Of a stretch of 64,000 bases of DNA, positions 60,369-64,000 are shown one piece after another. Each line of letters opens with the position of its first letter. Within the stretch, counting starts at the first letter, position 1. The position numbers and the translations under genes were made by a program. The stretch spans positions 352,001 to 416,000 of the forward strand of contig JAXGPF010000003.1 of NCBI GenBank assembly GCA_040767085.1, written 5' to 3'. The DNA comes from Kiritimatiellia bacterium (GTDB lineage: Bacteria; Verrucomicrobiota; Kiritimatiellia; JAAZAB01). Below the pieces are notes generated by a model that saw nothing but the letters and a program-made list of their open reading frames with translations, was not told the DNA's origin and did no database searches.

Positions 60369-61553
60369 TCATTCTTCAAAAAAAGTGTTCAGCGGGAAGA
60401 TTGCCATGCCGTGCGCCAGTTCACCCGGCCCATTCCGAGCCGGCAGGACTTCCGTATGAATATCCGGATTCGCCAATTTGCATGCCGCCAGGCGCCGCCG
60501 CACGACCTCCAGTGTGATTTCCGGGCAATGCGCGGTCCAGGGCCACAAGAAGATCGCTTCGGGATTAAACAGGTAATTCAAATTAACGATCATCTCCGCA
60601 TACACCGCAAACATATCCTCCACCAGCGCGCGGCCCAACGCATCGCCCTGGCAGGCCGCCTCGGCGATCAAGTCCCGGGAAAACGGCCGGCCAGACTCCA
60701 GCCAACCGGCCATTACGCTGGGCGCGCCATGCGCCATCGCCTCCTCCGCGCGCAATCGCAAATCGCGGAACCGCGTCAACATGTTCAGCGTCCCGCGCCG
60801 GCCGTCCATTTCGCCGAGCGGCGCATCGGCGATTTTCATCATCCCGATTTCCCCGCCGTAATTCTGGCTCCCCATATAGAGCCGGCCATCCAGAAACATG
60901 CCTACGCCGGCGCCGTCGAAATACAGAAAATTTTCCATTCCCGCCGCAGCGCCCCATTCCTTTTCCGCCAGGGCCAGGGCCGCGGAATGTTCCAAAATCC
61001 GGCAGGGCGCCCCCAGATTTTCCTGCCAGAAAGGCACGATCGGCGCCTGGTCGCCTCCGGTAAAGCAGGCTGACCGGCGCACAATGCCTGTCTTATGATC
61101 AATCATGCCGGGCAAAGACACGCCTAATCCGACCAGTTTGGACCGATCCAGGTTATGTTCCGCCAGAAATTTCTGTACATGCTCCAGCAAGACGCGCAAC
61201 TGCCGGGCACCCTCCACCGGCAACTCCGCCACGTTCCGCGCCCCGATGACCCGTAATCCGGCATCTACCGCGCTGATTTCCGCCGCTTGACTGTCGATGG
61301 AAATACCAACCGCAAAACATTGCGATCCGTTAATAATCAACGATTTTGGCTGGCGCCCCTTGCGCGTTCGCGCGGCATTATGCTCCAGAATGATCCCATC
61401 GTGTAAAAGACGGTCAACTGCGGAGATCACCGTCACCCGGCTTAAACGCAGGTTGCTGATGATATCGCTTCTGACCGCCTGCCCGCGCCGGCGCCAGATA
61501 TAGGCCAGCAGTCGCCGCCCCTTCTGACTTTTTTTATATTCAAATATATTCAT
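60369..61553 (-). CDS. ROK family transcriptional regulator
   Basis: N-terminal HTH (RSDI...LRLS..TV...V..L), GR.P, GLGVSLPG.ID, ALAE..WG, GGEIG and NPE motifs. Confidence 0.9.
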   Translation of the reverse strand: MNIFEYKKSQKGRRLLAYIWRRRGQAVRSDIISNLRLSRVTVISAVDRLLHDGIILEHNAARTRKGRQPKSLIINGSQCFAVGISIDSQAAEISAVDAGLRVIGARNVAELPVEGARQLRVLLEHVQKFLAEHNLDRSKLVGLGVSLPGMIDHKTGIVRRSACFTGGDQAPIVPFWQENLGAPCRILEHSAALALAEKEWGAAAGMENFLYFDGAGVGMFLDGRLYMGSQNYGGEIGMMKIADAPLGEMDGRRGTLNMLTRFRDLRLRAEEAMAHGAPSVMAGWLESGRPFSRDLIAEAACQGDALGRALVEDMFAVYAEMIVNLNYLFNPEAIFLWPWTAHCPEITLEVVRRRLAACKLANPDIHTEVLPARNGPGELAHGMAIFPLNTFFEE

Positions 61554-61677
61554 TATATAGCCATAAAATGGCCGATCATTGATGTAATAAATATAAAATT
61601 AGACTTTATGTCAAGGATGTTTTTTAAATTTTTAATACCACAGGATTATTTGGCATACTTCAAAACGGGTAACAGAA

Positions 61678-61746
61678 GGCTCACCAAAGGTTCGCCCTCC
61701 AGGAACATTGCAATTATTCAATTAGAGGACGAACCTGTGGCAAGCC
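61678..61746. repeat. REP doublet in the ROK-sulfatase divergent intergenic region
   Basis: GGCTCACCAAAGGTTCGCCCTCC and AGAGGACGAACCTGTGGCAAGCC are inverted relatives of the 44122 and 47943 units. Confidence 0.65.
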
Positions 61747-62039
61747 TTGCCGGAAAAATGCCTTCCATTCACCTTTGATGATCCTTACGCCTTTACGGCC
61801 AATCAAGCTCCGTTTTGAACCATGCCGTTTATTTTGACTCCTGCGCATACTTGGCGGCCCAACATTCCGAGCAACTATGAGGGGACAGACGCGCGACACC
61901 GCAAAAAAATCTTTTCCAAGAGTCGTTTTTTATGTTACATGCATTGTAAATGCAACCGCGGGCTTCGCGGCCGGCAGGCCAGGCGCAGAGTCCGCGGAAG
62001 GCTCCGTAATTTGTCAACGCCGCAAAGCTCGCAGGTGTC

Positions 62040-63476
62040 ATGGAACGGCCGAATATTTTACTGATCATGTCCGACCAGCACAATCGCAACGTGCTGGGAT
62101 GTTACGGCGACCAGGTCGTCCGCACCCCGCATCTTGACCGGTTAGCGTCGGCGGGCGCGCGTTTCACGAACGTTTATTGCCCGGCGCCCCTGTGCGTGCC
62201 GAGCCGGATGAGTTTCATGTCGTCCCGCACGCCTGCCCGCAACCAGGTCTGGAACAACGGGCATATGCTTTCCTCCGGCACGCCCACCTGGCCGGACTAT
62301 CTCAACCTGGCGGGATACGCCACCGCGTTGATCGGCCGGATGCATTTCATCGGACCGGACCAGCGCCATGGCTTCGCGCAGCACATGCTGGGCGACTTGC
62401 ATGCCCGCTGGGATAAAATTCCCCGCGTGTCGTGCGGTCAAACGGGCGCCTCCGTCCGAGTAGCCGGAACCGGCACATCCGCCTATGCGTGGTACGACGG
62501 CCAGGTCGCCGATTGCGCCTGCAACTTTTTAAAGTCCCGCGCCCGCGCGTCCGGGGACAAACCCTTCGCCGCCGTGGTGGGTTTTTTACAGCCGCACTCG
62601 CCTTACGTTGCGCCCGCGGACCTGTTTGAGGATTACCTGGCCCGGCTGCCGCCGCCGGAGCCGGCCGGCGCTGTGCCGGAACCGGTGCGCCGGCATCGCC
62701 GGGCGCATCAATTCGAAAACAACATCAGCGAATTACAGGCCCGCCACGCCCGCGCCGCTTATTACGCCATGTGCGAACAGTTGGACCGCCTCTGCGGCAG
62801 GATTCTGGATGAACTCGAACGCAGCGGGCTGGCAGACAACACCCTGGTGGTGTATTGTTCGGACCATGGCGACATGCTGGGCGCGCACGGATGCTGGTTC
62901 AAATCCATCTACTACGAGGGCAGCGCCAGCGTGCCGCTGATTCTCCGGTGGCCGGGCAGGATCATGCCCGGCGCCGCGCCCGGCGTCCTGGCGACTCTGA
63001 TGGACATCGGACCGACATTTTGCGATGCGGCCGGCGCGCAGCCTATGCGCGACATAGACGGGCGGTCGCTCTTCGAACTGATTAATCCGCGGCGGGGCGC
63101 GGCCGGCCGCGCCGCCATCTGCGCAGAATTGTGCGCATACGCGCCGCCGGTTCCCTCCCGCATGATCCGCTTCGGCGACTGGAAATTATGGCAGACGCTT
63201 TATCCCGACGGCGCGCAAACGGTCATGTTCAACCTGAGGGACGATCCCGGCGAGACCCGCGATTTGTCCGGGGCCAGGGAACATGCCGCTATGCACGACC
63301 GCCTGATCGGCGAATTGCATGCGGACTGGCAGCCGGACATTGCCGCCAGTCTTTCCGCGCGCCAGCATGCCGATGTGGTCAGCCTGATACAGGCCTACGC
63401 CGGCCAGGATTGGGAACACGGCGGATTGGCCTTGCGCGCGCCGGCGGATGTTGATAACGACGTCCTGCTGAAATAA
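62040..63476 (+). CDS. Sulfatase (S1, formylglycine-dependent; choline-sulfatase-like)
   Basis: PNILLIMSDQH, CVPSR (CxPxR), GRMH, PH.PY, SDHG.M.G.HG and DPGE motifs. Confidence 0.93.
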   Translation: MERPNILLIMSDQHNRNVLGCYGDQVVRTPHLDRLASAGARFTNVYCPAPLCVPSRMSFMSSRTPARNQVWNNGHMLSSGTPTWPDYLNLAGYATALIGRMHFIGPDQRHGFAQHMLGDLHARWDKIPRVSCGQTGASVRVAGTGTSAYAWYDGQVADCACNFLKSRARASGDKPFAAVVGFLQPHSPYVAPADLFEDYLARLPPPEPAGAVPEPVRRHRRAHQFENNISELQARHARAAYYAMCEQLDRLCGRILDELERSGLADNTLVVYCSDHGDMLGAHGCWFKSIYYEGSASVPLILRWPGRIMPGAAPGVLATLMDIGPTFCDAAGAQPMRDIDGRSLFELINPRRGAAGRAAICAELCAYAPPVPSRMIRFGDWKLWQTLYPDGAQTVMFNLRDDPGETRDLSGAREHAAMHDRLIGELHADWQPDIAASLSARQHADVVSLIQAYAGQDWEHGGLALRAPADVDNDVLLK

Positions 63477-63494
63477 AAAAGCGCCGGGGCGCTT
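63474..63494. terminator. Possible terminator hairpin between convergent genes
   Basis: AAAAAAGCGCC-GG-GGCGCTT is a short hairpin with a U-tract on the minus strand. Confidence 0.4.
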
Positions 63495-64000
63495 CAGAAG
63501 ACGTACACCGGGCCGAACAGCACGGACGTATCGTCGGTGGTGGTGTGTTCCATGTAATCCAGGCGGAGGGCTGCGCCCCAGTGCCGGGTAATCCCCGTCG
63601 TCAGCCGCAGGTGCACATTGTGGAAGTTCTGGTCCTGCTCCTGACTGTCCTGGTAGTAGTACTTCGCATTGAAATTCACCATCCGCCACCGCCAGTCCAG
63701 GGTGATCCCGTAGAGATACGAATCGTTGTCCATGTCGCCATGGCGCGTATCAATCCGTTCCCAGGCATATCCCAGGTAGGGGTTGAGCGCCAGCCCCCAC
63801 GACTGGATGCGGAACACCGGGCCGAGCTTGGCCAGCGGCACGCTGACTTCTATATCTTCGCCGGGCGGCTTGATCTTGTGGTAGAGATGCCCCGCACCGA
63901 TATTCCATGTCACCATTGCTGCGGGATCGCCATACAGGTTGGCATGGAAGAAATTCCCCATCACGCCCGTATCGCGGGCGGCCTCGGTGAAGAACAGGAA
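63494..64000 (-). CDS. Outer-membrane beta-barrel protein, 3' part (starts beyond the window)
   Basis: Alternating amphipathic strands (LNPYLGYAWE, YLYGITLDWRW) and C-terminal GPVYVF beta-signal ending in Phe. Confidence 0.65.
   Translation of the reverse strand, partial: FLFFTEAARDTGVMGNFFHANLYGDPAAMVTWNIGAGHLYHKIKPPGEDIEVSVPLAKLGPVFRIQSWGLALNPYLGYAWERIDTRHGDMDNDSYLYGITLDWRWRMVNFNAKYYYQDSQEQDQNFHNVHLRLTTGITRHWGAALRLDYMEHTTTDDTSVLFGPVYVF

Noticed and set aside
61554-61640. ROK operator palindrome
   Set aside because: The AT-rich region has only weak dyad symmetry (TTGATGTAA...TTATGTCAA), not enough to call a site.

Overview
GC-rich bacterial chromosomal segment, inferred from gene content and protein style to be PVC superphylum, most like Kiritimatiellia/Lentisphaeria (not verifiable here). 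Most of it encodes carbohydrate-active and secreted proteins: beta-helix proteins, GH20/GH2-like hydrolases, a sialidase-like protein, a sulfatase, a PIG-L deacetylase, an FGGY kinase/lyxose isomerase/UroD-like operon and a ROK regulator. It also holds a six-gene Hyf-like membrane complex whose large subunit lacks the Ni-binding cysteines (Ehr-type). The 23-40 kb stretch is heavily rearranged. It contains a Y1/HUH transposase bounded by inverted repeats with a ladder of progressively longer left-end copies, which replaces the 5' end of a PTS-IIA gene. It also contains a Fic gene beside a collapsed helicase-like remnant, an IS-truncated acyltransferase, an IS66 fragment and a complete ISL3 with an 8-bp TSD inserted in the start codon of a secreted beta-helix gene. 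Three beta-helix paralogs share a C-terminal GT[MI]FxL/Vx motif, and two of them have near-identical ends and a divergent middle. Intergenic DNA carries REP doublets, a small TIR-bounded MITE family and short-period repeats. No rRNA, tRNA or CRISPR array was recognised.
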